Of a stretch of 64,000 nt of DNA, positions 41,021-52,597 are shown piece by piece. Source of the stretch: Eledone cirrhosa (lineage: Eukaryota); NCBI GenBank assembly GCA_964016885.1, contig OZ024752.1, forward strand, positions 32,302,001 to 32,366,000, read 5' to 3'. The notes below the pieces were generated by a model. That model had not been told where the DNA came from, made no database searches, and worked only from the letters and a program-made list of their open reading frames with translations. Position 1 is the stretch's first letter; the number at the start of each line of letters is the position of its first letter. The translations under genes were made by a program, and so were the position numbers.

Positions 41021-41637
41021 TATGAAAAATATGGGTGAGAAGAATACTGCTGGTTGCACATGGATAACAAGTTATAAAATAAGTCCCTCATCAGTGATTT
41101 ACCAAACGATCATGGGTATTTCATCGCATTAAAAATCATACCTCACGTTGGAGCCATAATAACTAAAATAAGTTATTAGGACAATAGAAACGCGTAAAGC
41201 GAGTGAGACAAGTAAACAACACAGGGGGAAGCTAACCGCAGATGGAAATAAACACAAGCAACATAGTTATTCTTTCAGCATAAGCTGTGTGAATATATGA
41301 GCGAGTCGGAAAACAGACCTTTCACTAGTGAATCCGGTGTTAGAAAGAATGAAAACCGTTTTCCCGGCGAACGGGAGGAAGAAAGAAAGGGAGAAACAGG
41401 GACTGAGTGAGTGGGAGTGCGAGGAAGAGGTCAGTAGAGAGAAAGAGGGGACGAAAGAAAGTAAAAGAAACAGAGAGAACGAGGGAGCAGTAAGAGAGAA
41501 AGAGAGAAACATAGAATGCAGTTTGGGTTATGAAAAATATGGGTGAGAAGAATACTGCTGGTTGCACATGGATAACATGTTATAAAATGAGTCCCTCATC
41601 AGTGATTTACCAAACGATCATGGGTATTTCATCGCAT
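41021..41637. mobile_element. Unit with 109-bp terminal direct repeats (41021-41129 / 41529-41637), period 508 bp
   Basis: Near-identical direct repeats flanked by (TA)n; each contains CTGATGAG on the - strand. Confidence 0.6.
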
Positions 41638-41919
41638 ATTTACATATATATATATAAGTGGTTGTTCCGGTGCCACAATGAAAAATACCTTGTTCACCCT
41701 GTAAATTGTTACTAGGGCTGCCATGTAAAAGGTTTCCTGTAGATGCTGTAATGTAGTTGGTGTTAGGAAGAGCATCCTGTCATAGAAACGAAGCCCCAAA
41801 ACAGATCTGTATATGTAATGTATATCACCTGATGCCACTAGCCTCTTAATGTGACAACCTATCTAACTCATGTGTGTATATGTATGGAAAATAGACATAA
41901 AACGATGATGATGATATAT

Positions 41920-43384
41920 GCCTCCCCTGGTCTTGATGGTGTGACATACCTGCTTCTCAAACGTGGCGGGGATTTCCTTTTGCGCCAGCTTTCTTTTTTC
42001 TTTCAATACTGTCTCAGCAATGGTGCTACTCCAGAGCAGTGGAAAACTGCCAGTGTCATTCCCCTGTTCAAAAAGGGCAACCGCATGTCACCTGTCAACT
42101 ATCGTCCAGTCAGTCTTACTAGCTGTATGGCCAAACTGATGGAATCCTGTGTCAGAGAAACACTTTGGAACTTCTGGAGCTCTCACAGCCTCATCCGGCC
42201 CTCACAGTTTGGATTTATCCCTAACTCCAGCTGCTGTGATCAGCTTATCGAGTTCCTTGAGGACATCACCCGGATCACTGACAGCGGCTCATGGGTGGAT
42301 GTTGTTTACCTTGACTTTGCTAAGGCTTTTAATTCTGTGCCACACAAGACTTATGGCAAAACTCTCTGCAATGGGTGTGAGGGATGATCTTTTCGACTGG
42401 CTGAAATCCTTCATTCTCAGCCGAAAGGAAGTAGTCACAGTTCTAGGACAGCATTCTTCACCATATGACATGTCATCTGGTGTACCACAGGGATCTGTTC
42501 TTGGTCCTCTTTTGTTTGTGGCATATATTAATGACATAGATGCCAACTTACAGAATGCCACGGTACTAAAATATGCAGATGACATCAAGCTGTACCTTGA
42601 AATCAAAAGGACTGATCCTGAAATTTACAACTCTTTCCTACAATCAGACCTGGACACAATGCAGCAATGGATCACAGACTGGCAACTGAAGCTGGCTGTG
42701 GACAAGTGTACCACCATGCATTTTGGAAGGAAAAATCCAGCGTCCACATACTCCCTCCACAACACTGACATCAAAAAGTCCTCTTGTGAACGTGACCTGG
42801 GCATTACTGTCAGCAACGATTTGCGTTGGACAAAGCATGTCTCTAAGATTGTCAAGAAGGCCGAGGGTGTCTTGGCATCACTCAGCAAGACCTTTGTTAG
42901 CCGCTCTCCAGCCATCTATTTAAAACTGTATACAGCTATGGTGCGACCACACTTGGAATTCGCATCATCAGTCTGGAACCCCTATCTTGCTCGGAACATT
43001 GACCTCCTGGAAACTGTTCAGAGACGTGCAACCAAGCGCATACCCTCCATCAGACACCTACCATACTCTGAACGCCTTGCTTCCCTGGGCATGGATTCAT
43101 TGAAGCTCCGACGTCTGGCAGTGGACTTGGTGAATACCCACAAAGTTTTTAACCATCTCGCCAACTGCAACCCTGAGCGCCTCTTTGATCTCCATGTATC
43201 TAACACACGTGGACATGCCTACAAGATAAGAAAACAGCACAGCTCCCATGATTTTCGCAGACATTTTTTCACGCTCAGAGTTGCTGAAACATGGAACAAA
43301 CTGCCTGCGTCAATTGTTAGCTGCCGAGACACTGCATCCTTTAAGACACTCATGCTTCCCGAAATACGCCAAAACTACACCTGA
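41920..43384 (+). pseudogene. CR1 reverse transcriptase, one frameshift near 42346
   Basis: ORF 41851-42387 (..AFNSVPH) joins ORF 42149-43384 (RLMAKL..) through a +1 shift, probably a 2-nt deletion in VPH-K-RL. Confidence 0.9.
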
Positions 43385-43658
43385 TGTGCCCCTTCCATAC
43401 ACATGCACACGTGTGCACTGTTCATTTTACTGATGTTTGTGCATTGCACTATGTACTGTACATGCACTTTTTTGATGGGTTGTGGTGCACCTGGGCACTG
43501 TGCACAATATTTCATTATTGTTATTGTTATTATATCATGACTCATACACTGTTTATTTTCCTGACATTTGTACATTATTCTATGTACTATACATGCACCT
43601 TTGATGAGTTGTAGTGCACCTGAGCACTGTACACAATAATTTCATTATTATTATTATT
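41920..43658 (+). mobile_element. 5'-truncated CR1-clade LINE (ORF2 RT + 3' UTR + (TTA)n tail)
   Basis: Motifs SPGLDG, PEQWKTASVIPLFKKG, NYRPVSLTS, QFGF, YLDFAKAF, SGVPQGSVLGPLLF, YADD, ERDLG, VRPHLEF..VWNP, FFTLRVAETWNKLP; duplicated GTGCACCTG(G/A)GCAC hairpin motif in the 3' UTR; TTA tail. Confidence 0.92.
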
Positions 43659-43723
43659 TATATATACATGTGTATATAAATATATATATGTGTCAAGGAT
43701 ATGACAACTTCCTTAGTCATCTA

Positions 43724-44725
43724 CACGCTGTAATGTGGCCGTGTAGGCAACACGGTAAAGACCTCCCAGCCCCACACTGTAAATGTGGTTGGTGTTAGGA
43801 AGGGCATCCAGCCGTAGAAAACCCGCCAGACAGTCCACGCTGTAATGTGGCCGTGTAGGCAACACGGTAAAGACCTCCCAGCCCCACACTGTAAATGTGG
43901 TTGGTGTTAAGAAGGGCATCCAGCTGTAGAGAACCCGCCAGACAGTCCACGCTGTAATGTGGCCGTGTAGGCAACACGGTAAAAACCTCCCAGCCCCACA
44001 CTGTAAATGTGGTTGGTGTTAGGAAGGGCATCCAGCTGTAGAAAACCCGCCAGACAGTCCACGCTGTAATGTGGCCGTGTAGGCAACACGGTAAAAACCT
44101 CCCAGCCCCACACTGTAAATGTGGTTGGTGTTAGGAAGGGCATCCAGCTGTAGAAAACCCGCCAGGCAGTCCACGCTGTAATGTGGCCGTGTAGGCAACA
44201 CGGTAAAAACCTCCCAGCCCCACACTGTAAATGTGGTTGGTGTTAGGAAGGGCATCCAGCTGTAGAAAACCCGCCAGACAGTCCACGCTGTAATGTGGCC
44301 GTGTAGGCAACACGGTAAAAACCTCCCAGCCCCACACTGTAAATGTGGTTGGTGTTAGGAAGGGCATCCAGCTGTAGAAAACCCGCCAGACAGTCCACGC
44401 TGTAATGTGGCCGTGTAGGCAACACGGTAAAAACCTCCCAGCCCCACACTGTAAATGTGGTTGGTGTTAGGAAGGGCATCCAGCTGTAGAAAACCCGCCA
44501 GACAGTCCACGCTGTAATGTGGCCGTGTAGGCAACACGGTAAAAACCTCCCAGCCCCACACTGTAAATGTGGTTGGTGTTAGGAAGGGCATCCAGCTGTA
44601 GAAAACCCGCCAGACAGTCCTATGCGAGCAAGACAACCACTCTTGCCTCAAGTGGGAAAACTCCCGTCCAAACCCATGCAAGCGTGGAACATGGACGTTA
44701 AACGATGATGATGATGATGATGATG
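43724..44725 (+). repeat. 112-bp tandem repeat x8, derived from the SINE family C body and followed by its 3' tail
   Basis: ORF starts spaced exactly 112 bp; the unit equals the single-copy segment 59641-59750; terminal (GAT)n tail at 44704-44725. Confidence 0.93.
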
Positions 44726-44989
44726 CCATAGGAAGAGCATCCATGGTATTAGAAACGGCCCCCAGCCAAACAGAGGGTTATGAGGACCTTTCAGTTTGTA
44801 TCAAAAGACATGACAACTTCTCCTTTGCTGTCGATAGAACATATGACTACATATAACTGAGATCCAGACCTCTTAGCTGTCTCGGAGGTCAGTAGCCCCG
44901 TTTCAGTACTGACTTGGTCTATGTAGACCCTTCCAGCCCTTGCTAGCAGGGAAAGCAGACATTAAATGATGATCATCGTCATGATATGT

Positions 44990-45402
44990 GCAGGCGATTG
45001 TTCTGAGAGCATAGTACCTAGAATAGAAATGGGTTTGCAAAATATCAGGGAGCTTCTAACTCTATTGACAACCAACGAAATGTTTCTCTCTATGAATGAA
45101 AGATCATGTGATGTGTGATGTTGCATGGTGATGAAACATGAACAGTGAATGTAGAGGCTGGAGAGAAATGATGTGAGTATGCTCGGAAGGATGTGAAATG
45201 TAATGTTTGCATGAATGATGAAGCATGGATATAAGCTGGAAGAAAGCCTGAGTATAAGGAAAATTAAATTTAATATGCACAAAAGGGGTGTGTGCTAGTA
45301 TGGACATGTGATACATAAAGATAATGATTGTAGGGTAAAGGAGTGTCAAGAAATCCTAGTGTAAGAAAGCTGCAGTAACGGAAAACCAAGAAATACCTGG
45401 GC
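44990..45402 (+). mobile_element. Degenerate RTE-clade LINE RT C-terminal fragment
   Basis: Broken translation ..IRELLTLL..MLHGDET..RLERND.SML..YGHV..DCRVKECQEI..GKPRNTW, homologous to the 63141 ORF. Confidence 0.65.
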
Positions 45403-45404
45403 AG

Positions 45405-46138
45405 ACCCACACTGTAAAGTGGTTGTGTAGGTGTCATGACATAAAGTACCCAGCCCACACTGTAAAGTATAGGTGTCACAACAAAAAGTACCCAGTTCAC
45501 ACTGTAAAGTGGTTGTGTAGGTGTCACAACTAAAAGCACCCCGTCCACACTGTAAAGTGATTGTATAGGTGCCATGACATAAAGTACCCAGCCCACACTG
45601 TAAAGTGGTTGTGTAGGTGTCATGACATAAAGCACCCAGCCCACACTGTAAAGTATAGGTGTCACAACAAAAAGTACCCAGTTCACACTGTAAAGTGGTT
45701 GTGTAGGTGTCACAACTAAAAGCACCCCATCCACACTGTAAAGTAATTGTATAGGTGCCATGACATAAAGTACCCAGCCCACACTGTAAAGTAGTTGTGT
45801 AGGTGTCATGGCATAAAGCACCCAGTCCGCACTGTGAAGTGTAGGTGTCACAACAAAAAACACCCAGTCCACACTGTAAAGTGGTTGCGTAGGTGTCATG
45901 ACATAAAGCACTCAGTCCGCACTGTGAAGTGGTTGTGTAGATGTCACAACAAAAAGTACCCAGTCCACACTGTAAATGAGGTTAGCATGAAGAAGGGCAT
46001 CCAGCTGTAAAAACGAAGCCAGAATTTGTTCTGAATGAGCAAGACATGGTCACCTGGCCTGGCATTGCCCACAACAGGACAACTCATCTAACCCATGCTA
46101 GTGTGGAAAAATGGACATTAAACAACAATGATGATGAT
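45405..46138 (+). repeat. Irregular 39/47-bp minisatellite (CCCACACTGTAAAGTGGTTGTGTAGGTGTCA...) running into a SINE family C tail
   Basis: Tandem CCCAGCCCACACTGTAAAGT units, then GAAGGGCATCCAGCTG...ACCCATGCTAGTGTGGAAAAATGGACATTAAA. Confidence 0.8.
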
Positions 46139-46985
46139 ATTTAGTAATGTTATTCAGTTCCCATCCCAAAAAAACCTATTGTAGTTTATTACATTGTAAA
46201 TATATTTCAATATGAACAAGAAAAGAAGATTTACAAAATGAAAAGAAAGCAAAACAAAGAGTTAAAGCAGATTCTAAACAGGCAGCCACTGTCCGCAAAG
46301 CTGACGCTCAAAGGAAACACTCACATTGAGAAAACGAGAGTGAAAATGATGAAACTTCTGTTAAGAAGATCAAAGGAAGTACTAAGAATTTGACAAAGAA
46401 GAAATAAAGAAAATCCAGCTCAACAGAGAAATGATGGAGGATCGATAGAGAAAAACATGCAGCAGCTTTAACAGATTTGTCTCAAGAAGAGTGTGTAGGA
46501 AGTCAAAGACGTGTTATAGGAGAGAATGAATTACAAATGAATAATAATAATAAAAAAGATGTTAGGATATAGTGTAATGGGATGAATATGAGACAATTGT
46601 GAGGAGCTAATGAAACTCTTCAAGTAAATAAACCTGGTGTTTATCGAAGAACATGTATTAACATACAGTCGGGGGGGCTGAATATTTTCGGTGCCAATTT
46701 TGTAATCTCTTGAATTTCATTAGAGACAAGCCAGGTAATGGCAAATTTAATAACTGTTGTCACAAAGATAGAACTGAGATACTACTTCAAAGGGTCCATT
46801 CCAAATACCTTGAAGTACTAATGTGTAAAACAAAATGCCAGCACTGCACCAAGTTCAAACAAAATATAGTTTCTAATTTAGGCACAAGGCCAACAATTTT
46901 GGGGGAGGGGAAAGTGAATTAAATCAACCCCAGTGTATTCTTACGAGTGCTTTGGGGGCAGTGGATTGGCAGTAGTGGTATTGCT

Positions 46986-47553
46986 ATGTTCGTATAGTAC
47001 TGTACTATACGAACATGCCAGACAACAACACGACGGTAACATAGACAACATAGAAATTAGAATAATATCTAAACATGGAAATGACCCAGCAGATAGGCAA
47101 ATCAGAGAGGCCAGTGAAATAGAACTTAGAAGGCCAACACATATAAACACACACAGGTAAAGATAGAATACATTAACCAATACACGAACACACATAAAAC
47201 AAAACACTATACACACACACGCAAACGCATACTCAAAAAAAAAAAAAAACTAAATATATAAACTGACTAAATAAAGATGGCGTAGAAAATACAATGCAAC
47301 GGGAGGAAACAATAGCACCACTGACGATGTTGCAGATGTGCAATGAAAGAACTTTGATAAGCTATATATATGTGTTTGTATCTATATTGTATCTGTATTT
47401 TTGACCGTCGGTCAGTCAATGGCACCATTGAGGACTGAATAAATTAAATTACCGATATAAAAGACACAGAAGCGAAAAGCAACCAAACAGTGAGTGTGTT
47501 CTGTTATTAATTCTGGCAATATTACACAAATATGACCCTCCCCAAGTATAACA

Positions 47554-47556
<3 letters not shown>
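46986..47556 (+). mobile_element. Heavily 5'-truncated PLE (PLE-2): GIY-YIG C-terminus, pLTR with hammerhead, ATG tail
   Basis: TVLYEHARQQHDGNIDNIEIRIISKHGNDPADRQIREASEIELRRP aligns to SVLYQHAKIEHRGKLESIEIKIESTHKKDAMFRQITEAVSIKELKP of PLE-3; shares AAGATGGCGTAG and the terminal ATGACCCTCCC(C/A)AAGTATAACAATAT. Confidence 0.82.
47317..47358 (+). ncRNA. Type I hammerhead variant in PLE-2 pLTR
   Basis: CTGACGA (47321-27), stem II GTTGCA-gatg-TGCAAT, GAAA-GAAC-TT, weak stem I; same AGAACT stem III as the PLE-3 ribozyme. Confidence 0.6.
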
Positions 47557-47584
<28 letters not shown>

Positions 47585-48137
47585 TATACATATATATAAA
47601 TATATATACATATATATAAATATATATATATATATACATATATATAAATATATATACATATATATATATAAATATATATACATATATATATATACATATA
47701 TATAAATATACATATATATACATATATATAAATATATACATATATATACATATATATAAATATATACATATATATACATATATATAAATATATACATATA
47801 TATAAATATATATATATATATACATATATATAAATATATATATATATATACATATATATAAATATATATATATATATACATATATATAAATATATATATA
47901 TATACATATATATAAATATATATACATATATATACATATATATACATATATATAAATATATATACATATATATACATATATATAAATATATATACATATA
48001 TATAAATATATATACATATATATAAACATATATATAAATATATATACATATATATAAATATATATACATATATATAAATATATATACATATATATAAATA
48101 TATATACATATATATAAATATATATACATATATATAA
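47557..48137. repeat. (TA)n-based microsatellite between two tail-to-tail PLE ends
   Basis: Directly visible. Confidence 0.95.
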
Positions 48138-48296
48138 ATATTGTTATACTTTGGGAGGGTCATGTTGCCAATAAGAAACACACGCACCAGTTGCTTTCAC
48201 TTCAATTTAATTTAATATATATTTATAAATTTACAAATTTATAAATTTCTGGTTGGTTGGTTGGTTCCACAACCAGATAGTTGTTTATATATATAT

Positions 48297-48341
48297 AGTC
48301 ATAGTTCTTTCGTCACACACTCTGTGACCTCTTCAGTGACT
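48297..48341 (-). ncRNA. Type I hammerhead ribozyme, inverted-arm copy
   Basis: Exact reverse complement of 52337-52381. Confidence 0.88.
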
Positions 48342-49539
48342 GGGGATTTCTTTCTTCGTTTCTGTGCCTTTCCTTTCTTCTATCCTACGCCATTTTGTTT
48401 GTGTGTGGGTTGCGTGCTCAGTTTGCGCATGCGCCACATCCGGGTGTCTGTGTGTGTTTGTGTTCATTTTTCTATTTTTATATTTTTATATTTATATTTG
48501 TTTGTTTATTTATTTATTTATTGTTGGTTGGTTGTTTGTTCTATGTGTGTGTGTGTTTTCATTTTGTCTTGTGTGTGTTTTCATTTTGTGTGTGTTTTCA
48601 ATTGTAAGTTGTTTATATATGTGTGTGTGTGTTTTCATTTTGTCCTTAATTGTAAGTTGTGATGTTGCTGTTCCACTCATATTTTCTATTTAATTTTGGT
48701 TTTAATTCTTTTATGCTTACTGCCTCTGTAATTTGCCTAAACATTGCGTCTTTCTTGTGTGTGGATTCTATTTTTATTTCTATGCTCTCTAATTTACCCC
48801 TGTGTTCTATCTTAGCATGTTGGTAGAGCACAGATGATTCTTTACTATCTTGGAGGTCTCGCCAGTGTTCATTTATTCGTTCCCCTATACTACGAGCTGT
48901 CTCACCTATGTACACTATATTTTTGTTTCTACATTGTCCCTCAGTACATCTTATGCTATATACTACATTTCTAGTTTTACAGTTAATATGGGGGCTTATT
49001 TTACAGGTTATACATTTCTTATCTATACATGAGGGTCTTTGGAACGGGTATGTCTTGCTAATAAGTGTTTTTACGGAGGTACCAGGTCTTTCTACTATCT
49101 TAATATTGAGATTATGTTTCTTTAGGGCCCTTCTAAATTTGTAGGCTAGTTCACCTCTAGGGGTTGTATTGATGAACATTACACTCTGGTATTTATTGCT
49201 ATCATACCATGAGTTTATTCTATTGGCCTTGTTCTTAGTTCTTTCTATTCTATTCCAAAATTTGCTCCTATACAAGGGGCAGGTCCCATTTATGTCATTA
49301 TTTACCATTTTTTCCCATTTGGTTCTGGCTCCTTTATACACTCTGATTCTATCTCTCTGATTGTAGCCAGAGAACTGCATACGGTGGATGAAGTGTTGTA
49401 TGTGTCTCTCTAGTTCTTCGGGGTTGCACATGCGGGACACATTTCTCATCACCCGTATCAAATCCGCAATCAGTATGTTGATTTTGGTATGGTCCGAAAT
49501 GGCCGAGTTTCGGTGGATCAGATGTTTGGAAGTCATGGG

Positions 49540-52032
49540 AGTAATTATGAGAGACATAGAAACAACCATGAAGCTGAGGCTGCTGCTGTTGGTGGAAATA
49601 GAAACAACACAACTAACAATAGCGCAAGTACACATAAAGCAGCAGCCTGGAACTCTCCGTTTTATAACCACTCCGATAAATCATTCGACCTACGACGAGT
49701 CCACGCCACGACTTTGCCATTTAACAAACGCACGCAGTTGCCGTCGCAGGTCGATGAACAAACAGAAGCACAATTTAGTATAGCTAAATCCGAACTTAGA
49801 AATATTATAGAACAGTATAGCAAGAAGCATAATAGAATAGAGGCCCAGCAACTGGGAGAAGAATCTGCAAATGGCTTGCGTAAGCTCATGCAGCGCTCGC
49901 GTAATGGAGAGATAGCATGCTTTCCAACAGACAAGTCTGGCAGAATGTCGGTTGACAGCCTGCCAAACTACATCCAGGCAATGCAACCCCACATCACTAA
50001 CACAAGAGAGGTAACACCACAGGAGCATGAGGACAGAGAAAAAACCCTCAATGCCCATATGGTGATGTGGACAAATATAATGCAGCCCAACAAAAGGACT
50101 GCCAACAACTTCCAGGCCTGGAACAATGACGTGCCGGCGTTGTATGGGCTTCGAAAAGACCATAAAACGGGCTGGGACCCTGTCGCGGGACCACCAACAC
50201 GGCCAGTCTGTGGGGCTAACATTGCTAGTAACTACAGACTGTCCTACTTCCTCTCCCTGATCATACGCCCCATCATTGAGATGTCCCCAGATGTGTGTGA
50301 CAGCACGGAGGACCTCCTCAGCAGAATCGACGCGGGTAACCGATCTGGGGACCTAACAAACTGCATAATAGGCAGTATGGATGTTGTGTCCCTGTATCCA
50401 TCTATTGACGTGGATTTTGCTGTGGAGAAATGCGTCGAAATGATCAGCGAGAGCAAGGTTGAGTTCCGTGGGATTGATACCAGTGAGCTGGGACTTCTAC
50501 TTAAGCTTACCCATAGTAATAGTTACCTAGACACTTATGACCTTAGCAACCTGTGCCCTACAAGACCAGCAAGAGGCAGACCACCTACCATTACCTCAAT
50601 GGCCAAGAAAACCCACACAGATAGATGGAACGGGTGGACCAGAGCCATACGGACACCCGAAAACCACGATGAACTGAAGAAAATGATTGCACATGCGGTA
50701 GGGGCCAGCATAAAATTAACCCTTAAGGAACATATGTTCAAATTTAATGGTAAAACATATGCCCAAGAGGAAGGAGCAGCCATTGGTGTTAGCATTGCAG
50801 GCGACATAGCTAACTTGTTCATGGTATGGTGGGACAGTAGACTTAAACAAAAACTTAAAGAACAATTAGAAGACAGATTAACCCTGATAATGTACTCCCG
50901 CTACGTAGATGATATAAACATCGTAGTTAAGACACCCCCACTAAAGAACAGTCAGGAACCTGAGAAAAACACAATGGAAAGCATCCAGCAAATAGCAAAC
51001 TCCATCCACCAGAGCATTAGAGTTACTATAGACTACCCAAGTAGACACCCCAACCATCGATTACCTGTACTAGACACAGAGCTCTGGTTAGATACTATTA
51101 ACAACCAAAAACAAATCCTCCATTCCCATTATGCCAAACCCATGACTTCCAAACATCTGATCCACCGAAACTCGGCCATTTCGGACCATACCAAAATCAA
51201 CATACTGATTGCGGATTTGGTACGGGTGATGAGAAATGTGTCCCGCATGTGCAACCCCGAAGAACTAGAGAGACACATACAACACTTCATCCACCGTATG
51301 CAGTTCTCTGGCTACAATCAGAGAGATAGAATCAGAGTGTATAAAGGAGCCAGAACCAAATGGGAAAAAATGGTAAATAATGACATAAATGGGACCTGCC
51401 CCTTGTATAGGAGCAAATTTTGGAATAGAATAGAAAGAACTAAGAACAAGGCCAATAGAATAAACTCATGGTATGATAGCAATAAATACCAGAGTGTAAT
51501 GTTCATCAATACAACCCCTAGAGGTGAACTAGCCTACAAATTTAGAAGGGCCCTAAAGAAACATAATCTCAATATTAAGATAGTAGAAAGACCTGGTACC
51601 TCCGTAAAAACACTTATTAGCAAGACATACCCGTTCCAAAGACCCTCATGTATAGATAAGAAATGTATAACCTGTAAAATAAGCCCCCATATTAACTGTA
51701 AAACTAGAAATGTAGTATATAGCATAAGATGTACTGAGGGACAATGTAGAAACAAAAATATAGTGTACATAGGTGAGACAGCTCGTAGTATAGGGGAACG
51801 AATAAATGAACACTGGCGAGACCTCCAAGATAGTAAAGAATCATCTGTGCTCTACCAACATGCTAAGATAGAACACAGGGGTAAATTAGAGAGCATAGAA
51901 ATAAAAATAGAATCCACACACAAGAAAGACGCAATGTTTAGGCAAATTACAGAGGCAGTAAGCATAAAAGAATTAAAACCAAAATTAAATAGAAAATATG
52001 AGTGGAACAGCAACATCACAACTTACAATTAA
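49540..52032 (+). CDS. PLE reverse transcriptase + C-terminal GIY-YIG endonuclease, uninterrupted but N-terminally truncated
   Basis: ORF 49489-52032 (847 aa): TDKSG, LYGLRKDHK, RPV, SMDVVSLYPSI, QEEGAAIG, RYVDD, LPVLD, Cys linker CIDKKCITC..C, VVY..C..YIGET..ERINEH, RQITEA, LN. The first 17 aa come from the inverted arm, so the ATG at 49489 is not native. Confidence 0.93.
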   Translation, partial: SNYERHRNNHEAEAAAVGGNRNNTTNNSASTHKAAAWNSPFYNHSDKSFDLRRVHATTLPFNKRTQLPSQVDEQTEAQFSIAKSELRNIIEQYSKKHNRIEAQQLGEESANGLRKLMQRSRNGEIACFPTDKSGRMSVDSLPNYIQAMQPHITNTREVTPQEHEDREKTLNAHMVMWTNIMQPNKRTANNFQAWNNDVPALYGLRKDHKTGWDPVAGPPTRPVCGANIASNYRLSYFLSLIIRPIIEMSPDVCDSTEDLLSRIDAGNRSGDLTNCIIGSMDVVSLYPSIDVDFAVEKCVEMISESKVEFRGIDTSELGLLLKLTHSNSYLDTYDLSNLCPTRPARGRPPTITSMAKKTHTDRWNGWTRAIRTPENHDELKKMIAHAVGASIKLTLKEHMFKFNGKTYAQEEGAAIGVSIAGDIANLFMVWWDSRLKQKLKEQLEDRLTLIMYSRYVDDINIVVKTPPLKNSQEPEKNTMESIQQIANSIHQSIRVTIDYPSRHPNHRLPVLDTELWLDTINNQKQILHSHYAKPMTSKHLIHRNSAISDHTKINILIADLVRVMRNVSRMCNPEELERHIQHFIHRMQFSGYNQRDRIRVYKGARTKWEKMVNNDINGTCPLYRSKFWNRIERTKNKANRINSWYDSNKYQSVMFINTTPRGELAYKFRRALKKHNLNIKIVERPGTSVKTLISKTYPFQRPSCIDKKCITCKISPHINCKTRNVVYSIRCTEGQCRNKNIVYIGETARSIGERINEHWRDLQDSKESSVLYQHAKIEHRGKLESIEIKIESTHKKDAMFRQITEAVSIKELKPKLNRKYEWNSNITTYN

Positions 52033-52336
52033 GGACAAAATGAAAACACACACACACATATATAAACAACTTACAATTGAAAACACACACAAAATGAAAA
52101 CACACACAAGACAAAATGAAAACACACACACACATAGAACAAACAACCAACCAACAATAAATAAATAAATAAACAAACAAATATAAATATAAAAATATAA
52201 AAATAGAAAAATGAACACAAACACACACAGACACCCGGATGTGGCGCATGCGCAAACTGAGCACGCAACCCACACACAAACAAAATGGCGTAGGATAGAA
52301 GAAAGGAAAGGCACAGAAACGAAGAAAGAAATCCCC

Positions 52337-52381
52337 AGTCACTGAAGAGGTCACAGAGTGTGTGACGAAAGAACTATGACT
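52337..52381 (+). ncRNA. Minimal type I hammerhead ribozyme in PLE-3 pLTR
   Basis: AGTCA / CTGAAGA (52342-48) / g-GTCACA-gagtg-TGTGAC / GAAA / G-aa-C-TA / TGACT; CUA site ending at 52376. Confidence 0.88.
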
Positions 52382-52597
52382 ATATATATATAAACAACTA
52401 TCTGGTTGTGGAACCAACCAACCAACCAGAAATTTATAAATTTGTAAATTTATAAATATATATTAAATTAAATTGAAGTGAAAGCAACTGGTGCGTGTGT
52501 TTCTTATTGGCAACATGACCCTCCCAAAGTATAACAATATCGGTTTCAACACACGATTTCAGATAAAGAATCTTGCTAAACAAATTCAGAAACGAAA

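Noticed and set aside
48646-49671. 341-aa minus-strand ORF as a separate endonuclease gene
   Set aside because: It is the inverted duplicate of the PLE-3 3' ORF; its first ~44 aa are antisense read-through across the inversion junction.
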